39,249 nt of DNA from Saprolegnia diclina VS20 (taxonomy: Eukaryota), in contig NW_008246083.1 in the NCBI RefSeq assembly GCF_000281045.1, forward strand, positions 767,679-806,927. Direction: 5' to 3'. Each line of letters begins with the position of its first letter. Positions within the stretch are counted from its first letter, which is position 1. Under the pieces are notes generated by a model. It did no database searches. It saw only the letters and a program-made list of their open reading frames with translations, and was not told where the DNA came from. Below are positions 18,822 to 30,400 of this stretch, one piece after another. The position numbers were made by a program, and so were the translations under genes.

Positions 18822-21800
18822 TTACGAGTCGAGTGTCGACTGCGCCGACCCGCGCCGGTCCTTGGCCGTCACATACTCATACAAGTTGGCCAGCCGCCGT
18901 GTCGAGTCCCAGCGCTGCGCCGCGCCGTGGGCCGCGTGGTGCTTCTACGCAAATTCTTGGGTGCTGCGAAAGAAGCAGGACGGTACCTTGGGTTTGTGCT
19001 GTTGCTGCTTGGTGATGACGTGCGCTGTCCACGCGACGTCCTGCTGGAGGAAGTGGAAGGCGTACCACGCGACAGCCACGATGTTGGTGTCGAAGGCGCC
19101 GGCCGACTCGGCCAAGACCGACTCCATCTTCTTGAAGCTACACACATCGTTGGGACGCAGGAAAAGGACCGACGGCGCACCGCTCAAAGCACGTGTGCAC
19201 GAGCGCAACGTTGATCTGGTCGGCGTTGAACTCGGCGAGCTTGTCCAAGAGGCGCTCCCGCACGATCTTCCACATGGCCTTGAGTCCGCCCGGTCCGTCC
19301 TCAAATGCTTTCTGGTTGGAGAGCTGCATCGGCGGCGCGTACACCTACCAGATCTGAGATTTCCAAATACACAATATGTATCTGCCAACCCAGTGCTTCT
19401 TGCTCTCGGTGAAGAGGTCGCTGCCGTACAGCACGCGCACGAGGTCGTGTGCCGTGGCTTCGCCCAGGGCGTTGGCGCCACTCGTAGCCTCCGCAAGGGC
19501 CGCCGCCTACGCGTTCACTCGAAGTACCGCGGGGTAGAGGGTGTACAACGCACCTGCATGTAGAGACTCGTGAGGCGCGTGGGGGTGAAGAGAGGGTCCA
19601 TGAAGCCGAGAATGGTCGTGAACTCGTCAAATGCCAAACACCCGTCCGGTCGACCGAGGGCAGCCTGGAACACATCTCACGCGCAGCGTTAGGTCATTTC
19701 GAGTTCAACGAACGGCGTACTTGTAAGCACTTGGAAGACAAAGTGATGCTCCTCGATCCACGCCTGCATGATGCAGAGGAGACCCGACTGGATGCTGACG
19801 ACGTGCGTGCGCTGGACCTCGGCGACACCGTCGGCCTCGACGACCAAGCCAACGACAAACGACTTGTCCGTGGCGGTCTGCGACTGCTTCTCGCGCACAC
19901 CTACGAGCCTGTCGACACACAAACTAGAGACTAGCTTCCACCTAGCAAGTGCGAGTTCGCGTGGATGGCGCGGTGCACGGTCTCGAGCAGCGTGTTGCCG
20001 CTGTGCGCGTCCTTGTCCTTCGTAGCGACCCAGACGACGTCAGTCGACCCGAGGTTGGCGTGGCCTTTGGCGACCGCCGTCCCGAGACATGCGCGCCGCG
20101 CGGCGAGAAGGGCGTCGAGTCCGCGCCGCGGCAGCGTCAGCGCCGTCGTCCCAAGTTCCGCGAGCGCCGCAAACACGATGAGCAGATTCGTCACGTGGAG
20201 TCCCGAGGTTTCGTGGTGCAGCGAGAGAAGGAAGCGCGCGCACTCGACTTGCGGACTCGTCTTCTTGGGGTGTACATAAAAGTACAGCGGGACAAAGCTT
20301 GAGAGGGTCATGGCGTGGTGCTGCTGCTACGAAAAGCACTAGCTTCCTCACTTCGCTATATATAGACACCTCGTCGTACGCGGCGAGGAGCTGCGCGATG
20401 GTCCGCAGGAGCTCTTCGCGGCCTATGGCGACGAACGGCGCGTCGGCGGGCAGACACGCGAGCGCCGACTGGTACACGGGCGGTAGCTTGCGCGCGACGA
20501 GATCGCACAGGCACATGGGTGGTGCGAGGAGCAAGGAGCTAGATGGTGCAAATGACATCGATGCTGTGTCGTTGATGCGTACACTGCGTTTTGGCCACCA
20601 GGACCGTGGGTCTGCGTCGACGCGTCGCAGCGTAGAAGGTGCTGGCGACGGTGCAGCAAGGCCGTGAACATCTCGGTCGCGCGAAGACTGTCTTGGATCG
20701 TCGAGAGCACGAGGAGCTCAGCGTGCGTCACGCGGTGCATAACGTCGCCGACAGGTTCCTCCACCTCGACGACCTGCGCCGCCGCGTTGTCCTTGGCCTT
20801 GACGTTCAGCAAGTGCTGCTTGAGATTCTCGGTTCGCTCCGGCATCGACTTGCGTGTCGGTCGCGCATTGATCGAGTTGCGCCGACCAAGTGGCGGGCGC
20901 GGCTCGGGCTCTAGCGTCTCTTCTTTCAGGAACAAGTGCACGTAGCTGCGGCTCAAGCTCATGAGATGCCCGAGGTACTTGATGTTCTCGACGTCGGTCG
21001 CGCGCCAGAGACTGCTGCCGGCCGCGAGGGCATGCGACGCTCCATCTTCCGTGACAAGCCACTGTGGCGGCAAGCTCGCATTCGTGTGCAGCGCTTCGAG
21101 CTACCATAAAAACACTTGGTCGCGTAGCCCAAACAAGGCTACGTACCGTGAAGGAGAAGAGGTCGCGGCAGGTCTTGTGCCAGTCGCACTCCCGCTGTAG
21201 CGCGGCGTGCTCGGCCTCGGTGCTGCTCAGGACAGTTGCAAGCGCGATTGACTCTTTTGCCGCGTTGGCGGCAAGCGCGTCGAGGTCACTCAAGAGCGCG
21301 CGCAGCTCCTGCCGCCGGACGCGTAGACTCTTGATGCGCGCGCGGTGGACCTTGCGGTGCTCAGCGACCTCGGATAAGTAGTCTTGGATCGCAACGAGGA
21401 TGTCGCCGAGGAGACCAAAGGCGCATGACGCGAGCTCGGCGCTGTGCACCCCGATGCTGCGAATGCCTTCGTGCAAGCACAGAATCGAGGTTGAAAACAC
21501 TTGGTGCAAATTGGCCTCACGCACGTTCATGCTGGTCGTTGCCTTGGCGCCTACGAAAGCCAGTCCTCCGATCATAACTTCAAGCAGCCGACGCAGTACC
21601 GTGGCGCGCCGGCGGTGCCACAAGAAGACCGGGAAAAAACTGCTTCTGGCGCAGTTGGAGTTTGGCGCGGCGCAACATTTGCAGCGCGTCGGCAGGCGGC
21701 GTCGGCAGCGCCATCGACGCCCTATTCTTCGCCTCGTTGGTGGCCAAGAGCGAGAGGACGCTGCGGAGGTACACGGCCACTTCGAGCACATGGACCTCGG

Positions 21801-22299
21801 TCTTTGACAGCTCAATGAAGCGCTTGGGGGGCAGCGCCGCTGGCGACGTTGCTGCGGGCCGTGGTGACGCGCGGGGCGACTGTCTCGGCGAGATTTCGGG
21901 AATTTGCAGCCGCGTCACGGTGGGCTTTCGCTGCTGCTGCGCCAACCCTTGTAAAAACGAGTGCGCGGGTGCGACGAAGGCGACGAGCGGCCCATAGACC
22001 GCAGGGTCCAGGCGCCGCAACAGCAACTCGACCATGGCCATCGCAACGAGCCCTTTGCCCACACCATGGTACCAGTGCACTCCGTCCAGCGACGAGTGCA
22101 CATGCCTAACATTATCACGCGAGATGGACGAGGACGTGGCCGCGTACGCTTCAAGAGAGGAAAACACTGCGAGTAGGTTGTTCTCGGAGGTCGACGCTTG
22201 CAGCTGCCAGTGGGGCGCGTCGACGGCGTCGAGACGCGCAACTTCGTACCCGACGTTGGCGCCCCGCGGGCGCAGGGGCAGGCCGTCATGGTCGTCCAT
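18822..22299 (-). CDS. Large multi-exon hypothetical protein (coiled-coil segment, possible degenerate EF-hand); could be two genes
   Basis: A chain of minus-strand ORF fragments is joinable by short GT-AG introns (e.g. PPARH G|GAKATT, QHKPK|KHHAAH...TLDS stop at 18822-18824). Heptad-like RVRRQELRALLSDLDAL; PDGCLAFDEF. No family recognised. Confidence 0.55.
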
Positions 22300-22340
22300 T
22301 TGCAGTTTCGTGCGAGTGGGTTTCACTTGCCATTGATGAA

Positions 22341-24425
22341 ATGTCGAGCCCGCCGCGCTCGCCGACGCGGCCGACAGCGCTGCCCATGACGGTGGGCCCG
22401 CGTGAGTGGGAAAAGTCGCTCACGATCAAATGCCGCTTCTGCGGTGGCCCGAAATGCAAGCGCTGCAGCGAGCACGCCGCGCTCCTCAAGACGGACAGTC
22501 CAGTCGCGGGTCTGCACGCCGACTGGGTGACCGACTCGATCTTGGGCATGATGCGCCCGTCGTCTCGCCTCATGCAGACATATCGCATCGCCGACCAGTT
22601 TCAGCGGTCGTCCTCTTTTCTTATGTGAAGCCTGACGAATTTCTTTAGCCTCAAGATCAAGGCTGTGTTTAATCTGACCATGCCGGGCGAGCACCCACAC
22701 TGCGGCGACGGCAACGGGCCAAGCGGGTTTCCCTACGACCCCGAGATGGACCTCATGGCGCACCAGAGTAGACCGCTTCTCGAGGCACGCATTGGCAACT
22801 TGTGGTCTAGTTCAATTTTACAACTTTGGCTGGGAAGACATGACGTCGCCCAACTTGTCACTGATGCTCGACATTGCAACAGTCATGGCGTCCGTTTTGG
22901 CGCAGGCGCAGCAAAAGGTAGCAGCTGTCAACTCTTAAACTGCTCATAGTCCTGTAGGTTGCAGTGCACTGCCACGCTGGCTACGGTATCGCCCACGCCT
23001 CCTGTACCCTTGACGTAACGCGAAATAGGTCGCACGGGACTGGCGATTGCGTGTACACTTATATTTCAACACGGCATTTCCGCTGCCGAAGTGCGCTCTG
23101 TGGTCAACTCTGAGTCTGCGCTCAGCTACGATTGGCGTAGGCGATTGCAATTGTTCGGCGCGGGCGCCCGGGCTCGATCCAAACCCACGGCCAAGTGGCG
23201 TTTGTAGGCCGCTTTCACGACTACCTGCGGCAAGCCAAGCTCGGTACGCACCAGAAACCAGATCTGATTTCTGCAAATGAGCCCTAGTTTTTGCGCTACC
23301 TACGATTCACGACCGGTTCTCGCTCTCGACGATCCTCGAGCGCGAGCGTTTCCAGTTTCAGCCAACGCCACCCGAGACGTCGATGGTGTTGCCACCCCGC
23401 GTCGTAACCGGCTCTGTAGAAATTTCAACTCTGATCTTAGTTCTTCTCAGGTGCGCTATCTATGCTCGCAGATCGAGGTGTGGACCGCGCGCGATTTGTG
23501 TGCGCTCAGTCTCGCATTTGTCGGCCACCTGCCCGCAACGACGTACTCGATCTCGCTCTTGCCGCATCTTCAGCTGCTCCAAATGGCTGAGAGAGTCGAC
23601 GTCTGGGCAGACCACGTGGTTTCTAGTGACGTGCTCTTGCCGATCAAGGCGCAAATGAACTCGGGCGAGCCCAACTGGCCCCAGACTTCGACGACACCGA
23701 TCTTTGCTGGCTTGCTGCTCGACTGGCTCGAGCACCTTAATCCGCCCCTCCTCGACAGCGACGACCTCCACGACGTCGACCGACTGCGGAAGGTGCCGCT
23801 CGCGGCGCTGCGGACGCTTGAGCGCCTCGTCTGCCTTCTGCGCGTAGGCAGCGAAGCGTTGCGAACACAGTCGGCCGAGCTGCCCGTCGATGCAACCACG
23901 CTGCTCGAAGGCCTCTACGCTCGAACGGCCATGGCTGTTGTGCAAGCCCCGTCGCTTCGTGCGCGGTCGCTGATTCCTCCGATCAAGTACCTCGTAGAAA
24001 GTCACTGGACGAGCCCCTCGCCGCTGAAAGTAGCGTCGGTTGCGCCCGAGGTCAAAATCGAACCTCTCGACCCGACCAAGTTTCCCAGTACGTAGTCTGC
24101 GGCGCTTATATGTACAACACCTCACTTCCTCGTAGCTCTGCCCCCCGTCGGCACGACGCAGTCTTCGTCCCCCTCGAAATCCTCGCCTGCCAAAGTGTCA
24201 CCCAGTAAAATGTCGCCGGCCAAAGGGTCGTCCACCAAATCCATGGCGCTTGAGCCTCCGATCGCATGTTCATTGGCGCCAGAGTCTCCACCAAAGCTAC
24301 TGGAGAAACTGCCGCGACGACCGAGTGACGTGACGGATGCGCGTCCCATCGACAAGAGCCTCCCGTCCCCTGAAAGGCCGCGAACGCTGCCCGAGGTCCA
24401 GCTGCGTGGTCGCTCGATTCTATAA
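22341..24425 (+). CDS. PTPDC1: PTPDC1-like protein tyrosine / dual-specificity phosphatase, multi-exon, Ser/Pro-rich tail
   Basis: CGGPKCK, WVTDSILGMMRPS, FNLTMPGEHPHCG, GFPYDPE, FYNFGWED, HCHAGYG|RTG (CX5R split by an intron), RPGSIQT. A last intron near 24089-24136 joins the SPSK/SPAK-rich exon ending at 24425. Confidence 0.85.
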
Positions 24426-24575
24426 GCTGATTGGCCAAGTTGAATCAAAGTTGGCCTAGCACTCAGATCTTTTGGGTAAAGAATCGATGCGGAACCAGTT
24501 TTGGCAGTTGGATCAGCGAAAATACGTTGCGCAGTTTCGCTCGAAAAGCCAGGTCGCTCGCTCGGGTTCGACACG

Positions 24576-26603
24576 ATGAATGTGAGCTGGTATCGGCACG
24601 AGAGCTTTGCGTGGGCCCGCAACAAGAGCCTTCGCGTTCGACCCAGTGGCGTGGCACTCGCCATCGGACCGGTCGTGCCAGAAGCCCCGAGAGGCCGACG
24701 CAGGCTGTCCTACCTCGCGAGCCTCGTCATTTGGATCACGCTCTCCGCCAACTCGCTCCTCGACCCGATCAAGACCCTCTACGGCTACTATCTCTACACC
24801 GAGAGCAACCACCGCGAAAGTGTGTGGGCGCTTGTCGTCACCAACACCTTCAACAACATCTCGTCCAAAGTCTGCTCACCGAATGGACCGTTCCTCGACT
24901 GCTACTTCGAGCTACCTGTGTACGGCACTGGGTCGCTCGCCGGCGCCACATGTCGGTCGTACTACCCCATCGATAAGAGCGACACCCAGCACATTGGCAG
25001 CTTCTTTGGCAACTGCACACTGCCGTCCGGTGAGCGCATCGACATGCCGAGCGATCTCTTTGCGACGACTCAGTGGTCGCTGCAGACCGCTTCCACCGAT
25101 CGCAGCTGCCTCGCCACGCTTGGCGAAGGCGACGCGTTTCCTTGCGACTCGTACACGACGGGCAGCGGGCGCGTCATCAACTACCGCGTCAGCAAGACGG
25201 CGACGACCAAATGGTGCAAGGAGTTTGGCGGCTACTTCTTACTCAACCACCACACGGGCATTCAAGAGGTGCTTGTCGCCAATGTCTCGAACGCGTCCAC
25301 CCCCGTCTTCTCGAGTCTGCGCCTCGACTACGCGACTCCAGTGTTTAGCCTCGAGGACCTCCTCGGGTGCGCAGGCGACTTGTACGTCGGCGCCACCGCC
25401 GGCCACACGACGACGACCGCGTGGTACGGCGACACGGTCGGCGCGTGGACGGCGCGGACGTCGAGCGCTGCCAAGTCGATGGTGATGACGCGCAACGTCG
25501 ACGGCACGTACATCTATTCGGCGCTTTCGTGGTTCGAAGGCGCCGTGACCCAGATCGGGCCCATCTATAGGGACCTGTTTCGTTGCAGTTTGTTGCTACT
25601 CGTGACGGTGTACCGGATCTCGTCCATTTACTACCCGATCTGGCTTGTCTACAAGCGACAGGGCCGGACGTTCTGGGCGTGGGCTGCTGCGCGTCACATG
25701 GGTCTCGTCTTGCACAAGCGTGAGCGACGCAGTCTCCCGATCCTGACCATCTTGTCGCTCGAGGCGTTGCTGAGCACGGATGACATTGTGTCCAACTGCC
25801 AGCACGCCATTTACACGGTCCCGAGCTCGTATTTCTCGATCGTTCTGACGTACATGTCGATCACGCGCATCATTTGGCCCTGCGCGTTCTTTCTCCTCCT
25901 CTTTTCCCGGCTCATCGAGTGGACGATTGGGCCGCATTTTGCATTTGCGCTTTCCGAAGACCTCTTTCTCCTTGGCGCACCGGTGGTTTGGATCTACCTC
26001 CCGGCCTACGTCACGACGCAGGGCATGAAGCTCTTCCATGGCTATCGCTGGAACGGCGTTATTGTTCGCCACTACGTGAGCAGCATCCGAAACGTTTACT
26101 CGAACCAAGTCAACAACCTGGCGCTCTACACTCAGCTCTTTGGCTACTTCACTGCGATCTCGTCTGCAACGACAATTGGCGTCGGCTGTCTCTGGCAGGC
26201 TGTGACGCACACGAGCTCGATCATGAGTTACCTTCTCTCGCCGCACCGCAGCGCGTGGCGACACACCCCGCGCGAGTGCAAGACGATCGAAGACGTTTTG
26301 ATCGCGTCCTCGGAGCGACTCCCGCCCGAAATCGCGTACCAAATCACCAAAGCCAAGTGGCCGCAGACCCAACAGTGCGAGGCCATGAACCTCGCGTCCG
26401 AGGGACTCGTCAGCCTCGTCTACGGTCCGTGGCACGTCGTCGGCTTTACCGAGTGGGGGTTTGTGTTCCCACTCACGAATGCAAAGGGCCACGCAGCAGT
26501 CATCGATGGCTGCACAGTCCAGTTTCGACCCGACGTCACACATGAGACGCTCGCAAGTCTCACGGCGACGCCGGCTCGCCTCGGGATCCCAGACCTCATG
26601 TAG
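24576..26603 (+). CDS. Uncharacterised multi-pass membrane protein, 'GIPD-tail' family paralogue C (complete, apparently intronless)
   Basis: ATG at 24576, TM segment ending NSLLDPIKT, ectodomain with 8 Cys, about 5 further hydrophobic segments, ends LGIPDLM. Confidence 0.88.
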   Translation: MNVSWYRHESFAWARNKSLRVRPSGVALAIGPVVPEAPRGRRRLSYLASLVIWITLSANSLLDPIKTLYGYYLYTESNHRESVWALVVTNTFNNISSKVCSPNGPFLDCYFELPVYGTGSLAGATCRSYYPIDKSDTQHIGSFFGNCTLPSGERIDMPSDLFATTQWSLQTASTDRSCLATLGEGDAFPCDSYTTGSGRVINYRVSKTATTKWCKEFGGYFLLNHHTGIQEVLVANVSNASTPVFSSLRLDYATPVFSLEDLLGCAGDLYVGATAGHTTTTAWYGDTVGAWTARTSSAAKSMVMTRNVDGTYIYSALSWFEGAVTQIGPIYRDLFRCSLLLLVTVYRISSIYYPIWLVYKRQGRTFWAWAAARHMGLVLHKRERRSLPILTILSLEALLSTDDIVSNCQHAIYTVPSSYFSIVLTYMSITRIIWPCAFFLLLFSRLIEWTIGPHFAFALSEDLFLLGAPVVWIYLPAYVTTQGMKLFHGYRWNGVIVRHYVSSIRNVYSNQVNNLALYTQLFGYFTAISSATTIGVGCLWQAVTHTSSIMSYLLSPHRSAWRHTPRECKTIEDVLIASSERLPPEIAYQITKAKWPQTQQCEAMNLASEGLVSLVYGPWHVVGFTEWGFVFPLTNAKGHAAVIDGCTVQFRPDVTHETLASLTATPARLGIPDLM

Positions 26604-27406
26604 CACTGTGTGTAAATACGTAAGCTTAGTACAACATAGGACAAGTGGTTCTAGTGCTGTAGACCGCGCACGATGGAGTAACTTGGCGCTCCGTGGTGTA
26701 CAAATTGCAGCACTCTACCAAGTATCAGCCTTTTTATTTTTGACTGAGTTGGGCCCGGCATCAACGCATCTCTGGTGCGACGGGTTGCGTGTTGTTGTTA
26801 GTCATATTACTCGGACATCCGGTTGTAGGATTCAAGAAGATATGTGCAGCGCCAGCGAGACGCGATCCTGGATGCTTGCTAAGATCGCAGTGCCATCTTA
26901 GAGGCACAGCGCACTCCAAACTAAGATCGTAGAACTAAGCTGGTAATAGCGACGATCACCCTTTCCTCTGGACCAAGAAGGCTATCCATACACGGAGCAA
27001 TATTCATGCAAAATACTACATCCAAAACCCTTGCATCCTGTGGAGCGATTGGGACGCGAGACTTGGAGCTACGCGAAGGTCGCTAGCGGCTCCTTCTCGA
27101 GCTGCAGCTACTCGGCCGCGTCCTTTTGCAAGACTTTGATCTACTCCAACATGAGAAATGAATAGTGAAATGGTGGTCTACGCACCGCTTGGCGGATCAA
27201 GTTGAGGTCTGTGAGCGGCTTCTTGGCACTGACCGCGCGCGCCATCGACGCCATGCGACTCGACTCGTTGGACGCTTCGCGCTCCAGAAGCGTTTCAAAG
27301 GGTTTCTAGCCCGCTTCAACGTCTGGCAACGGCTACGAGGGCTAATTATACTTACGAATGTGCTTCTCCTGCCACTTTGAATCCCACACTTTCTCCGAAC
27401 GACGAC

Positions 27407-30400
27407 ATGGCCAGACTGCTGCCGACGTCTATCAAGCTTTGCTTTGGCCTCACATATCTCAGTGCCTCGATGGGCGCGAGTCTCTGGTTCCTCGATATCA
27501 TCGGTCCCGGCCTTTCCAACGATCACTTCTGGCCCAACTTTGACCCGACGTCGGCCCAGACATACCTCATCGACGTCTTCCACCGCCACCTCAGCGTCAC
27601 CAACGCCTTGGTGATTGATCTCTACGATCCCAGCCAAGGCATTCTAAAGGCGTACGGTCGAGCATCGACGACAGCGTTTGCAAAACCCACCTACCCTCGA
27701 CTACGCTCGCTGGTCGAGTACACGTCGGTTGCTGACGCAATCACTGGGTTTCAGTCACTGGATCCCGGCTACGTCTTCAACCTCATGACGCTGTATTGCT
27801 GGGCTGACTTTGGAAAGCGCTGGGAAGTTGCTCACACAGCAGCACGGCAAGCCCGATGCGCTGCGACAATGTCCAACAATGGCGCCGTGTACCTTGAGGC
27901 CCACCTCCGCAATCTCAACTGGGACGCATGGTACGCGATCTACGGCGCTAGCTTTGAGTTTGGTGTCGCGGACGCGGTTGTAGTTACGCCAGACGGCCGC
28001 GAGTGGTACCAAAGTCTACCAAACGCATTCCAGACTCTCGAAAACGAAGTAGCGTACTGGACATCGCATCGCATTTCGCGCTTTCAGCTGCAGTGGAGCA
28101 ATGACTACCAGTTTGGTTTGCACGAGTCCGTCTCCGTCGTCAACATGCTCGGGTGGCGCCAAGACCTCACGATCCAGTCGATTGCGTTTGGCAAGCGGAG
28201 CTCCAAGTGGTCAACGTTTGTGCTCAACTGGGCGTTCTACGACGATCTCTGGGCCACCGCTGTCACCAACGGTAGCCTCGTGCGCAGAGCCGTCAGCTAC
28301 ATCGGCGATGCCACCATCGAGGTACTCCTCGGAATGTACCCGTTCACGCCCGCCAGCATCCTTGCCCACAACCAGATCGGACCGCTGCAGGCCATTGACA
28401 TGATGTTGATTGCACCCCCGACGGCGCTTGTGACTGCCTGTACAAGCTATGACGTGGCCGTGACCCTAGCGCTCCAAGCCGACCATGCGCTTTTGAGTCT
28501 CTACGCCGCGTTGCCATCTTTGGTGCTGGACCCGATACCTTTGTCGTGGCAAAAACCCGAGAACTACACATTCTTTGGTGGCAGTCCGTTCTGTCTCTTT
28601 GGCGCTGGTGCACCCTTTGTACAGCCATCATTTTCCTTTGACGACACGTGCGGTAGCCAGGTACCAAGTCGCCTGCTCGTGTCGCCTTGGCCCGGTTTGT
28701 TTGCGGCGACAAGTCTCAACTTGCTCGAAACATCGCTCAAGTCGTGCTGCACACCTTGCAGCGCTGCGACGCAATTCTCTTGTGAACTGCTTGTGTCGAA
28801 CCTCCAAGTCATTTCGACTTTGCTGCTGACCAATGCCTCACTCGAGAGCCTCTTGGTGCCGATGGTCCAAGCTGCCACTGGGGCTATTCAGCAGCTCAAC
28901 GTTGAGATTGTTCAGTTTGCACTGACATCAGGAGGAACTGAAACTGTCTTGCGCCAGCCGCTGCTGCGCGATGGCGCGTGGTCGTTCATGGGCTATGTAG
29001 CGCTACACGAGTGGGTCAACGGTTTCCGGGAGGCTGTCTCGTTCCAAGGCGACGTCGCAACGTTCAACTTGATATCGGAGCGCATCGAGCCCATTCCGTT
29101 GCGCGCCAACGCCATCGAAGTGCCACATAGCACATGCAACTACCTCTACGTCGTCGCGCTTCTAACGTCGGTCGCGCTTGTTGCGGTCGCGTGCATCACG
29201 GCAGCGTACGCTTTCCTCCAGCCAACTCCGGATGCCGACGGTCTTCATTTGCCTGTGTACAATCAAGTTGCGGGGCCCGTCTGGGTAGGTCGTCCATTGC
29301 TGCTGCTTCGCGCGGCCGCAGCCATCACAATGCTGAGTACGGCGCCGCTGAACTTTGGCAGTGACGATGGCGTTGCCCGCTTTCGATTTGCACCTCGCCC
29401 GTTGACGCACGTTGGAATTCTCGCAGGTGAAGCTGCGTGGGTGACGTACGTTCTCAACGATATCTTGCTGGTCGCTGCGAACCAGTACGCTCGGTATGCG
29501 GCGCCGTTGAGCAACTTGCTGGTGTGGCTGAGCCTCGTTGTGCTTGAGGTCTTCTACCCGATTCGAGCGACGGCGGCAGTCGATCGCGGCTGCACCCGCG
29601 TGGATATGGGAGCTGTCGTGACGTGCCACAGTGGCTCTGTCGACCTCGGTTCGATGGCCCGCGCCTGGCTCATTTTGGGCATCAATGGTATTGCAATCGG
29701 GCTTTCGTACTGCATTGTGTGGGGCTATTGTGTGCTGAAACAAAAACACCTGGATGACTCCGAGCAGACGCCCCTCGCCCGCATGGTGTCCGCGGGCGTC
29801 GAGGCGTTCTTAGCACCTAAGGAAACCAACATGTGGAAGCTAGATGCGTCAATTGCGGCCATGACCGGCTTACTTCGATTCCGCTTCCAGTCGCTCTGCT
29901 GCATCTTTGATACAAAACTGTGGCTTTTCTACTACGATGACGCTGGCCCGGTCCATATCAAGCCACTTATCAGCCCAGAAGAGACTATGCTAACGATGGC
30001 GGGCGCTGTTGTCGTCGCGAGCTCGCGCTTTGCCAAGCTCAAGGTCTGGAGCGGTCTACTCTACCTGGCTGCAAGTGTTGTCGGCAGCCTCTCGTACCTA
30101 GAGCTCTCTGGTGTGAATTTAGCGAATGATCTCTATTGGTCAANNNNNNNNNNNNNNNNNNNNNNNNNNNNNNNNNNNNNNNNNNNNNNNNNNNNNNNNN
30201 NNNNNNNNNNNNNNNNNNNNNNNNNNNNNNNNNNNNNNNNNNNGATGCGTCAATTGCGGCCATGACCGGCTTACTTCGATTCCGCTTCCAGTCGCTCTGC
30301 TGCATCTTTGATACAAAACTGTGGCTTTTCTACTACGATGACGCTGGCCCGGTCCATATCAAGCCACTTATCAGCCCAGAAGAGACTATGCTAACGATGG

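Noticed and set aside
27165..27380. 71-aa ORF upstream of the giant membrane gene
   Set aside because: GTG start, no recognisable motif; not supportable as a gene.
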